From: Macrostomum lignano
Lineage: Eukaryota
Reading direction: 5' to 3'
DNA length: 64,000 nucleotides
Assembly: GCA_002269645.1 (NCBI GenBank)
Contig: NIVC01002678.1
Coordinates: 86,056-150,055 of the forward strand
Each line of letters starts with the position of its first letter. Position 1 is the stretch's first letter. The position numbers and the translations under genes are program-made. Of this stretch, positions 34,301 to 45,700 are shown in pieces. The notes under the pieces were generated by a model. It was not told where the DNA came from. It worked only from the letters and a program-made list of their open reading frames with translations, and did no database searches.

Positions 34301-35266
34301 TGAAAAAAGACACCAACTTGAGCGGGCCGGAGTTTGCCGACCCCTGCTCCAGAGTCAAGAACTCGATCGGAACCTGTTGGTGCCACTTGCTGGTGTCAAT
34401 GATCTTGTCTGTGGCTTGTTTTCCTTCTGCCGCACTTGCACTGTGCAGAGCTATCTGTGTTGCCTGCTTCCTCTCTGCCATGTGATGTTACTGCGCCAGC
34501 ATAATATGCTTATCTTTTGAGGCATTTAAATTTTAAGACGCCTTTAAGTACAACTAATATGAGTATTACTAGCTCGTATTTCCATTTTGAGTGATTAAAT
34601 TAGTAGGATTGTACCGTATCCCTTCTCATTATTTTTAACATTTTGCAGTGTCTAAGCTGCCCTTTATCTGATGTCGTGTCTGCCTTTCCCTTCTCAGACT
34701 GTGCCGTATGGAATTCAGCTGTATTCAAATCGTAGACTATTAATTATGGATCTAAACGATTATTTGTTGAATATAGATTTTTATATTTGAATCATTCAAT
34801 AGATTCGCAGAAAATAATTTGTTTTTTTGTGACGTGTTAATTGCATAAATTTAGCACATTTAAATCATTTCTTATTCTTTATTTCGAATGAGGTCAGTTT
34901 TGTGTTGACGCGAGCGAAAGTTGAGGGCATTGCTCACCTTGCGATTGACTGAACACAGACATCTGCACAATTTCTCCCACTCCTCATCCCTCTCCTGCCC
35001 CTCCCTCTCCTTCCCATCCCTCTCTCCCATACATTTACTTCTCATTCCACTTCTTCCATCGTCTCCTTCTTTTAAAGCACCTCACGTAATCACCCACCCA
35101 CCTGTTTGAATGATTTTTGCACCTAAAATATTAGTATATTTGTGTGGACATTGCACACTTTCATATTTTCTATCAAAACCCCTCCAGAACCGACTCGAAC
35201 TGATTCAAGAAGCGTCAAAACCAATCGAATTTTACTCCCGTCTGAAGCAACTTGCTAGCTTCGAAA

Positions 35267-38200
35267 ATGCACGCCTGTCTGGCTGCAGTGATCGCAATTG
35301 CATTGCTTGGATTTCAAGTTGAAGCTGCAGAAAAAGACACCAGCAAGACTGTCGATGCCAACGCCCTGGAGCAGTACGGTCCGGCTGTAGACGCGATTGC
35401 AGACGCAATCAGCAACTCAGACAAGAAGACCAAGGACTTGCTGGATGATCTCACGCAATCAACTGACGGTCAAGCCACCCCACTAATCACCAAGGAAATT
35501 CTAAAGAACATGCTAAACGAGCGCTCGGCAAAGACGCAGAAAGCGGGCACTAGATCCATCAGTCTGCAGGCCGAGCAGGGCTTCAACGGATTCTCCAACT
35601 ATCAGCCTTCGGGTTGGGTGATGACGGAGACTGTGGGCGAGCCTGACAAGGTGACGGAAGACGCAGAAGACAAGATGCCCGTCTATGTCTATCCGATGGG
35701 AGTTGGTCCGGTGTTGATGAATGGGTGCACAGGTGCATCCTATCCCAAGACTAGCAAATGCTACTCCAGCAAGGTTCCTGGCAATGGCAATACAATCTGC
35801 ATGAAGCTCCTGGATGCTGCCGCGTACATCGGCGTCGGCTTCGACGGACGAGGATTCTACAAGATCGAGAGCCGCAAAGCCAGTCTGGTGCAACGCTACT
35901 GCTCCAACATGGCTAAATTCCTGGGCAAGGACGTACCCGACACGATGAACGTGTTTGGTATCTTCGAGACCACAGCTGAGACCAAGTCGTTCCGGTCTGC
36001 GGACGAGTACATGAGCTACATCAGGGACAAAGCCGGTCTATCAGAGCAGCGAAATTTGTTCTTGAGCGAGGCTCGCCAGCACGGCACTTCTGAGGCGTCT
36101 GGGTTCAATCTCGGTGCGATAGGTGGAATCGTCGGTGGTGCTATTGGAGCCATAGCGGGTGGGCCTGCGGGAGCGGCCTTGGGAGCGACGCTTGGTGGCG
36201 CGGTGGGTGGCTCAATTTCATCTGGATCAGGAGAAAGCTCTGGCGACTCATCATCAACCACTAGCAGCCAATCGGCCTCAAAAAATTCACAGTATTCCCA
36301 GGCTGCAAGAAAACAAGGTTCTACTGAGGATTTCTTTGCCATCATGTATGTGAGTGTAATCATGTACGAAATTTCACTGGATGATGTGAAGCCCAATGAC
36401 ATCAACTTCGCTGCGCTCAGAGACTACATGAGTCTTCCAGAGTCCTACTTTTCAGTGGGCGCTGCCAGCAAATTTCAAGACTTTCTGCTACGCTGGGGCA
36501 CGCATTTTATCCGGTCTGGAAAGTTCGGCGGTCAGCTAAAAATCACAAAGAGAGCAAAGACAAACAAGTTTGCGTCGTCGGAAGAGTTTGCCAGTCTGGC
36601 TGAGACCGAGTTCCAGTCAATGTTTTCATCGCTGCAGTCAAAGTATTCTCAGCAAACCACTCGTACAGGCTTTTTGGGTTTTGGCGGAAAGAAAACTACT
36701 ACAACGAAATCGAGCAGTGCAAAGTCGGAGAGCCAGTACAGGAGCACAAGAAATGAACGTAATCAAGAGTCGCACAGTTCTAGCGGGTCCGAGTTTACCC
36801 AGACCACCGTCGAGGCTCAGGGAGGAACTCCGGAAATCGCAGAAGCCCTCGTTGACTTTTACACTCCGGCATTCAAGCAGCTGTACCACAGGTGGATCGC
36901 CTCCATCAATGACTATGTGAAGCCGTTCGAGTTCAAGCTGAAGCCCATCGATCAGCTGTTCGACATGAACATGGACGACCTGTTTCCGGCTGGAAACCGC
37001 GACTTTGGCTGTGTTGGAAGTGCGGGGAGCAAAGTGAATATTTTGACAGAGCCCAAAACTCGTCGTCGCTACTACCTCGATGAGGAGACTTACTTTGCTA
37101 ACAATAAGACTAAAACTAAATTGGTTAAGATTTACTGCAAATACAAGAACCAACAAGACTTTCAGAACGCTCTAAAGAGACGAAGACTCTCACTGGAGAA
37201 GGCCGTAGCTGCGTACATGACGGAAGGTCCTTTCCCAACCTCCTCACACGAGTTGAAAGCAGGACAACCCGGTTGCGAGAGCTCTACACTGGCCAAGATC
37301 GACGTGTTCAACTCAAATAACAACACACTGACGTTTCTGCAGCTCAAGAAATCCCCGTTTTTAATAGCTTTCGATCTGCCTCAGGATATTCCGAACTTGT
37401 TGAAATCGCAAGCCAAGTATGTGATGACGTATCTAAAAGACAGGTGGTTTGCGACAGAGCCAGGACACCATCATGCGCACTTGTACGAAGGCTGTCAGCT
37501 CGAAGGCTTCAAGCCAGCTGAGACTAAGATCTGTATCTGGAGCATCATCCTCACCTATGAGGAGGAGACGGGCTTCTTCCATATCGATCCGCTTGACTTT
37601 ATTGCATCAAAGCGCCGCAACCCAAACCTTCCAGACTGGATAGAGGGTACCACGTTTGCTAGGGCTTCTCGGATAGAAGGGCAAAAAGGCGCAAACTCCA
37701 CTGCTGCGGCATCAATTCCGTGCAACGTTCGGTGGTTGAACTCTCACAGACTGGACCCTGATCGGGAAGAAAACTGTCTTTACTTTACGGCTGCGACTGC
37801 TGGAGACATCTTTGTTATATTCGCGTCCATACCAAGAGACCACACAACATGGTACTACCTGCAGATCAATATGGATGGAGTGACATTCTACAAAGCAATG
37901 AAACCGCAAAAGAGAGACTATCAGAAGGGAATGGGGACACTTGGTGACAAGAACCTGTACCAGTCCTACTTCTTGTGTGCGAATCAGGCCAATGGATCAA
38001 TTCTAATGCAGTTCGGTAAGGCGGGCTCGAACAGCGAGATCGGCACTGTCTACTCTGGGTACAAGTTCCGATCGGACAGTCAGTACAGCCGCCTGTCTTT
38101 CTACACATTCGGAGCGGGCTCGAAGTCTGTGTCACTGATGGACATTCACCTCACCAAGGACATGCCGCAAGTGGAGTGTTTGAACAATAACTACAAGATG

Positions 38201-39611
38201 GTTGATGGTCACTGCATCCTGGATTGTCACAAAGAGTGCATTGACTGTAATCTAGCAAAAGATGACACCAGCTGCTTCCAGTGTCGCAATGTGCGCGTTG
38301 AATTGTGGAATTCTATTGGGGGCAGAAGAGTCAGGACAGTGCAGTGCTTGCCAGAGTGTCCGGTTGGCTACCAACTGAGTGACAGCAAGGAAAACCTGTG
38401 CGTGCCCTGCCAACCAGGTACTTTCAAGAACACAACGGGAAATCATAACTGCTTGGCATGCGCTCCTGGATGTTTTTCTGCATCACAAGCGACTGTGAAT
38501 TGCATGCTCTGCAGTCCAGGAAATTTCGCTTCCAAGCCAGGATCGGTACAGTGCCAGCAGTGCCATGTTGGAACAGCGAGCAGTTTTAACGGATCAACTT
38601 CGTGCGGGGCCTGCAGTGCCGGCTTGTTCGCAGCTCAGCGAGGTCAAACGGAGTGCACACCATGTCCAGTCGGACAGTTCAATAAAGCAGAGAGACAGAC
38701 GCAGTGCCAGTTGTGCTCTGCGGGGTTCTTCGCCGACAAGCCAGGTCAGAAATCTTGCAGTGCTTGCCCTGCTGGAACATCGAGTGCTGAGGGCTCAGTG
38801 AGCTGCGCCAACAACTGCAAGAGGGGCGAGTTCAGTCCAGCCGAGGGCATCCCTTGCGCCAAGTGCCCTGCAGGCTCGTTTACTCCCAGCGCGGGATCGG
38901 TAAACTGCACTTCGTGTGCCGAAGGCAGCTATTCCAGTAGCGCTAGGTCAGCGTCTTGCATCCCGTGCCCTGCTGGGAGCTTTGCTGACCAAATATCCTC
39001 AACAAACTGTAGCCAGTGCCCTGCAGGCTCGTTCAGTCCCAGCGCGGGATCGGTAAATTGCACTTTTTGTGCCAAAGGCAGCTATTCCAGTCGCGCCGGA
39101 TCAGCTTCTTGCACCCCGTGTCCCCGGGGATTCTACCAGCCACTGGCAAACCAGACGCACTGTAAGAGCGCCATGCCAGGGTGGTACGTCGACACGGAAG
39201 ACCGTTCGGAGCAGAGAATGTGTCCGCTGGGGAAGTATTCCGGTGCTGCTGCATCAGAATGCACCGTTTGTCCTTCTGGGACCTTTGCTGACCGAGTGGG
39301 CTCAACCAACTGCAGCCAGTGCCCTGCTGGAAGCTGGAGTAACGCTGGCTCTGCATCTTGCCAGCTGTGCAAAGGAGGCTCATTCTCAGTTGGAAACGCT
39401 GCTAACTGCACTCTGTGCCCAGCAGGCACTTTCTCAAACAGCTCAGGCAGCAGCGAGTGCTCGAAATGTCCCGCTGGCACCTACGCCAGCGAATCCGGTT
39501 CCCAAAAATGCGAATATTGTAATTTGTTTTCCCTTAGTCGTCACAGCGGAATGACGCATTGTGACCAATGCCCTGACTCTGGGAGTACCTTTGGCACGGA
39601 TACATGTTACC
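35267..39611 (+). CDS. Exon 1 of a secreted MACPF-domain protein with furin-like and ephrin-receptor-like (GCC2/GCC3-type) cysteine repeats
   Basis: ATG at 35267 starts the signal-peptide-like MHACLAAVIAIALLGFQVEA. MACPF features are YIGVGFDG (35825) and the signature W-G-T-H-F-x6-G-G (WGTHFIRSGKFGG, 36494-36532), ending near KLKPIDQLF (~36960). Furin-like CHKECIDC..C..C and CLPECPVGY follow, then ~22-24 CxxCxxG(T/S)(F/Y) repeats. A canonical donor C|GTAAGT lies at 39611/39612. Confidence 0.9.
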
Positions 39612-39696
39612 GTAAGTAGGAGCGTAATTGCATTTTCAATATTCTGTTTGTTGCTTTTATATGGCCTTTATTATCAATAACTCTAAAATTCTTCAG

Positions 39697-40106
39697 CCAA
39701 TTTGCGCATGAGGTGTTGGATAAGTTTTGGCGAATGTGAAAAAACTATTGATGGCGATTTGGACACATATGGAACAGCAATTATGAGTGACCATGTACCA
39801 AAGGGCGCTGAAATATTCCGGACCTATTTCGGGTACAAACTCGACCGAGTTTCATCTGTGAAAGGGTTTCTAATCTGGCGGAACAAAAAGTCACGCATGT
39901 CATTCAAGAATCTGATGCTGAAACTACTTAATTCTGGTCGGAAAGATATTGTTGACTGTACATTTGAATACGATGTTGATGAAATCGTTACATACCACAA
40001 AACCTGCTCTAGTTCGAATATTAAATATGTGGTAATCATTCAAAGGTATTCGGATTATGAAAGACGAGAAATCAACGTTGCCGAAGTCACATTGTATGCC
40101 AATTAG
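39697..40106 (+). CDS. Predicted exon 2: C-terminal galactose-binding-like (F5/8 type C/discoidin or F-type lectin-like) domain
   Basis: An 85-bp AT-rich GT-AG intron (39612-39696) ends TTCTTCAG. The phase-1 splice joins in frame: ..TCY-P-NLRMRCW. The exon has IDGDLDT near its start and KYVVI..INVAEVTLY at its end, the pattern of galactose-binding-like beta-sandwiches. The splice is predicted, not observed. Confidence 0.75.
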
Positions 40107-42360
40107 TTGGCTGGCTGAAAAAATTACCGAAAACTATGCTCGGATAATGAAGACTTGAGTTGAAATGCAAAGTTTTTCTTTCTGGAAATACAATGTGCAT
40201 CAGATACGATGAAAAAAGTTATTCGCATGGCGAAAAATTTTAAGGACTTCGTTTTTTCGCAGAGGGTTTAGCATTGCATCCGGCCACAAGTCTTAAGTCA
40301 AGAGTTTTAAGTATTAATCAGACCGCAAGCCCCTCTCTGTCATTTCATGCTTACTTTTGAACTTTTTACTTTTTACATGTTTACTCTCATGACAGTCTGA
40401 TAATAGATAGATAAGTTTAACAGAAAACAGTTTATTCTCTAGTTTACTCGCATTCGGCGTCTCAAAATGTTTTCTTTCAGTCAAGCACGTCTCTGCAATG
40501 TGCCAACGGGAAAGGACACAGCCTCTGCCATAGCATCACTTTATTTGTAATCAAACTTGCCTTTGCCGTATCAATTATTACATCGGCAGTAAATCTACTC
40601 ATCTCTGCATTTGTTGGCGGAGAGGTAATTTGACCTACTGTAATATTTAAACAAAGCTCTTCTGCGAGTTGAAAACAGGGCAGAGGCAGAACAAATGCGG
40701 AACCTGTGTAGCGGTAGAGCTTTACTTAGGCCTGCTACTAACCCTAACACAGTATTTGGTTCATAGCTGGCACAAGTGGCCATCCAGTGTTTGTTACGAT
40801 CTGTGACTGCTACTCTGTGATTTCAGAATTTTGTCTTATGGAGGACAATCGGTGCTCCTCCGTGTGCTGGCTTAGTTAAAGTTGGATCAGACTCGGGACC
40901 AGGTCCTGAAAGAGTTGACAGGATAGGTGGTAACCAGAATGGAGCAGATGGGGATCAGGATGGGGTAGAAGGGGAACAAGGATGGGGTTGAACGGAATCT
41001 ATAGGGTAGAGGGGAAATCAATACGGGGTGGAGAGAGAATCGCGAGATGGAGTAGAAAGGAGTCGGAGTATGGTGGAAGGTAGAAGGGGTGGGTTTGGGA
41101 TAGGACAATAAGTTTCGGAACAAGTTTCGGTTAAAAGATTAAATCTGAAAAGCTGAGTGACGGCGCCACCTTCCCACAGAACTCGAATTCCTACACGCAT
41201 TGCCCTCTCACCGCAGGTGAAAGAACCGCAGATTCTGCTTTGCTCTCGCATCGCCAACTCCATCATTCGAGTCAATTCAGCCTCCGAAGTAAAGCAATAT
41301 AAGCTATTAAAGCAGCAACTGATACTTAGCAAATGACTGAGTGTTACTCAAGCCCTCGGTCTGAGAACATTTTCTCCATCTGGCAGCCGGCTTTCACTCA
41401 AAAATCAAAACTGAGATTATTCATCAAACTTGTTATTATAGCCGTTGTATTCTAACGGTATGATCGTACCAAACCATTCCCTCTTGTTCCTACACCAATT
41501 AAGGGATCCGCTTTTGACAGTTTTCTTCGCTGCACCGGAACCGGTCCGAGCAACGCAGGCAGAAAGGATTCAAGAACACGCGCTAACTGTCTGTTACGCA
41601 CCTTTCACACGCGAATCAAATTGACAGTCCTCGAGGTCAACGAGATATTCAGTGATTCTGCCAAAAGGTCGGATTTATCGTCTAAGCGCCTGCGTATTGA
41701 GTACACCAATCAACACTGCCATAGTGCAGCCTCGCCAAGCCTTCAAATTTCATCGCCTCATCAACCATGTCTATTTGCGTTATCTCCGACTACGATGGTC
41801 ATTCGTCTTCAGTCAAATGACTATACTCACTCGGTTGCGAATTTCTCTAATTTCTGATTGGTTTACGGGTGGGGGCGGGGGGTTTTATACCGACGTGGTT
41901 TGGCGGTTTGAGCCTCTCTGCCTTGGTTGAAAATTTTCAACCAAAGAAGCTGACCGCTTTCCCTCTTGCCTCATCGCGCTTCCTCGCTGTCCTCGCCAAT
42001 TTCACTGCTTGTGTGTTTGTGTTTGGTGGAGCCAGTGTGCTAAGCTTCTCGAACCTCGATATTATGCAAGCTTTGGATTCAAGGTTGAGATTCCATTCAC
42101 CAGCGTAGCTTGCGGAATGACCTGCAGAGCAGGTCATAGACTATTTCAGAATATTTTAGACACAGCCGTATCCTGCGATAGCAGGCGGATTAGCTGAAGT
42201 GGGGTGATGGCCGGGTGGGTGGGTATGAATGAAAAACAGTAAAATTGTAGAATTCATGAAATCAAGAAAGCTTAAAGCTACAAAAGTGAAGTAAAGTGCA
42301 AATTAATTAATTAAATCATCAGCAGCTTTATTAAGTGCAATAAATTCCGAGTGTCGGATA

Positions 42361-44064
42361 GTGTTTGTCATCGCTGCGGCTCAAGTGCAATTTGATCCGG
42401 ATACCGACTCCGAACATGAAGAGGAGGAAGGCTGGCTAACAGCGGATGAGGGCGAAGATGAAGAAGAGGAGGACCTGCATCTCCAGCCAAATGAAGACAC
42501 CGAATGCTTGCCAAATGATGATTGGGCGGCACGTGAAGCTGGGCAGGATCAACGGCCAGATGCAGAGCTCGAGTTCTTGGGAATGCCCGGTGTGAATCCT
42601 GACCTGCCGAGACCAGAGACTGCCAATGACGATCCAGCTGCGTTTTTCAATCTGTTTCTGACTGCTGACCTGCTGCAAGAGCTCTGCGCTTGGACCAATG
42701 CGCGGGCGTGGCGCAAATTCGACGAGCTGCAAGCATCGATGCCAAACCTGCCTCAAAGGTTCTCTGCGTGGAAAGACGTGACCGTGGACGAGATGAAGAA
42801 GTTTGTCGCCATGTCGCTTTACATGGGAATAGTTAAAAAGCCCGAGATCGCCAACTATTGGAGCAAATATGATTTCTGCGCAACACCTTTCTTCAAACAA
42901 CTCGCTTGCCTGACAAGGGACAGGCACCAACAGATCAGTAGCCAATTGCGCTTCTATGACTGCAACAACTTCGATGGAAACGACCCGCTAGCAAAGGCAA
43001 GACCATTTATTACTGTTTCTGAGGTCTGTCGCAGTGTGTACATGCCAGAAAAAAGAAATTAGTGTCGGCGAAGAGCTAGTCCTGTTCAGGGGTCGTGTCA
43101 CATTTCGTCAATATATTCCATCCAAGAAAGCGCGATATGGCATAAAACTGTATTGTCTTTGCGAAGCTAGATCCGGTTACGTTAACAACTTCTTAGTACA
43201 CTCTAGTAGAGCTGAGAATGAGCGATTCGGTCAAGGTCTCGGGTGTGGGGGGCTGTCTCTGAGTGAGAAAGTCCTGGTGGAGGCAGTTAGGTACGTATTG
43301 GATTTAGGTTATCACGTCTTCTGCGATAGCTGGTTTGGATCTTATCGGCTTGCGATGTATCTACTGCAGCGGAGCACCTTGCTGATATGCACAGTTCGCG
43401 CCGATCGCGGTGTCCCAGATGGCCTTCGTGGTATTCAGGTCCACCAAGCTCCAAGCTGCACGTTTATGCGCAAAGGAAACGTGCTAGCGTTGAAAATAGT
43501 TGACAGGAAGAGCTCCGGGCTAAAGAAAGTTTACTTCCTTGACACGCAAGGCGTAGCCCAACTTCACCCTGTTCACCAAATCGTGCAAAACGAACTGGTC
43601 ATCCAGCAGAAGCAACAGACAGTTGTATCGTACAACAAATTTATGGGTGGTGTCGACAGGCTTGACTCTGCCTTGCAGCCATACAACCCATGCCAGCGGA
43701 CTCAGAAGTGGCCCACAAAGCTCGGAGCGCACCTTTTTCTTGTACATGCCAGAAACGGCTGGGTTGTGTACCGATCATTCGGAGGTACACAGGAGTTTTT
43801 GAAGTTTTTGGATAAAGTTCATCAAGAACTTTATCAACTCCTCTGGACCAGGTCGTGTAAGAGCTGGTCGAGCACAGCAGCAGCCAGCAGTGGCTTACCA
43901 ACAGCACTCGCTAAAGCGCATTAAAGCCACCGAAGCGCAAGCCCGACCAACGAAGCGGCGCAGGCAGTGCTACAGAAACTGTCTTCTGCTGCGGCTTATG
44001 TGAAGGAAACCCTGGACTGTGCGCAGCCCCCTGTTTTGCTGACTGGCATGCCGCACAGTTGTAA
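42361..44064 (+). pseudogene. piggyBac-like (PGBD4-type, DDE_Tnp_1_7) transposase, frameshifted
   Basis: Acidic N-terminus, then FFNLFLTADLL..WTNARA, WKDVTVDEMKKF and YWSK. After a frameshift near 43040 come ISVGEELVLFRGR..RQYIPSKKARYGIK, FCDSWF and YNKFMGGVDRLD. The cysteine-rich tail TVFCCGLC..PGLC..PCF..WH is in another frame and ends TAA at 44064. No TTAA-bounded TIRs were identified. Confidence 0.92.
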
Positions 44065-44199
44065 CTTAAAATTATTTTTTAGTTTTCAGAGACAATGGCA
44101 GCTCAAATTTAATTGACAAAGATAAGCGGCATAACTTCGGTTTCCCGCTCTAAATTATTTTCCGGATTATTTTAAACTTTCAGTATAAAACTAGCAATC

Positions 44200-45700
44200 T
44201 ACGCCCCCCGTTGGGGAGCCAAAGAAATGCAAACACGTTTTTTTAATAAGCTACATGTAGCCTTGAAATCTTAAAAAATCTCCTGTCAAACTTCTAACCC
44301 TAACCCTAACCCTAACCAAAACCCTAAATTCAATATTTTGTCCATGAGTTTTTGCATGATGCTTCTATATTTTTACATGACGCTTCCATTATTTTTGCAT
44401 GATGCTTCCATGATAAACATTTTAATAAGCTACATGAGCTAAGTTATAAGCTACCCTAACCCTAACCCTAACCCGAATCTTAACGCAATAACCCTGAACC
44501 TAACCCTAAACCTAAACCATAATACCAACCCTAACACTAACCCTACAGCCTGACAACTGCATTAAATTTGTGAAGCGCTAGTAGTATTTTTAGCTTAGTA
44601 TCTTAGCGTTGGGGAGCCAAAAATGCAGTACAAGTTTTGTAATAAACTACATGTAGCATCTCTTTGCAATATATCTCAGAAGTCCCTTGTAAGCCTTGAC
44701 ATGTCAGTAATTCCCCCCCCCACAAGCTTAAACATATCAACTTCCCCCCTTGACATTTCAGCGATGCCCCCAATAAGCCTTGAAATCTAAAAAAATCTGT
44801 CAACCTTCTAACGTACCCTAACCTTAGCCTAACCCTAACCCTAACCCTAGCCTAACCCTAACCCTAACCCTAACCCTAACCTAACCCTAATCCATTGAAA
44901 TTTCAGTAATTCTGAGTCATTATAGCACTACCACAGCATTATAGCGATTCCCTGCAAGCCTCGACATCGTAGGGATTCCCAAATGAATCTCTTAACTTCG
45001 ACATGAAGCTTCTTTTATTTTTTACATTACGCTTTTTCTATCAGCGATCCCTCCCCTGAGGAGCCAAAAAATAATGTAATAAATTTTTTTCAATAAACTA
45101 CATGTAGCTTCTGACTTTAGCCTTGAAATCTCATTTATACCCCCGTGAGCCTTGACATCTCAGCTTTTCCCCCCGTAAGCCTTGACATGTCAGCGATGCC
45201 CCCCATAAACCTTCTAATCTAAAAAATCCCCTGTGAACCTTGAAACCCGATAAAATATAACCCTCAAACCACACCTGACCTAAACCTAACTTTAACCCAA
45301 CCTAAAGCCTTGAAATCTCAGCAATTCTTCTCCCCTAAGCCTTGGCATTTTAGTGATTCCTTCTTTAAGAATCACAGCACTATAACGATTCCCTCCAAGC
45401 TTTGACATCGTAGCTATTCCCAAATGAATCTTTTACTCGTAACTTTGACATGACTTTTATTTTATGTATACATAGTGCTACTTTTATTTTTTACATGACT
45501 CTTCTTCTATCAGCGCCCCCCCCCGTGGCGAGCCAACAAAGAATGTAATAAAAAAATTCAGTAAAGTACATGAACTTTGAAGTAGCTTCTGACTTTGCTT
45601 TGACATCTCAGAAACCCCCCCCTCCCCCCTGTAATCTCAGTTATTCTCTGTGAGCCTTGACGTCTCAGTAATTCTCCCAAGCACAGCACTATAGCTTCAT
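44200..45700 (+). repeat. About four degenerate ~400-470 bp units with (CCCTAA)n tracts
   Basis: The anchor GAGCCAA..TAA(G/A)CTACATGTAGC..CCTTGAAATCT occurs near 44216, 44614, 45061 and 45530. CCCTAA runs lie at 44295-44317, ~44453-44545 and 44816-44890. Confidence 0.75.

Noticed and set aside
33559-34485. Long ORFs over the GA-rich tract
   Set aside because: They are low-complexity artefacts; only the short helicase-like segments at the edges were retained.
35513-39554. Alternate-frame and antisense ORFs within the MACPF gene
   Set aside because: These are shadow ORFs of a relatively GC-rich coding exon.
41490-41510. TTAAGGGATCC as a piggyBac terminal repeat
   Set aside because: I found no matching inverted copy right of the transposase.
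40595-42197. Short ORFs between the MACPF gene and the piggyBac relic
   Set aside because: They have no recognisable motifs, overlap in conflicting frames, and have lengths expected by chance.
2127-44890. TTAGGG (left) facing CCCTAA (right) as a telomere-fusion scar
   Set aside because: The tracts are short, embedded in repeat units and ~29 kb apart; there is no direct head-to-head junction.
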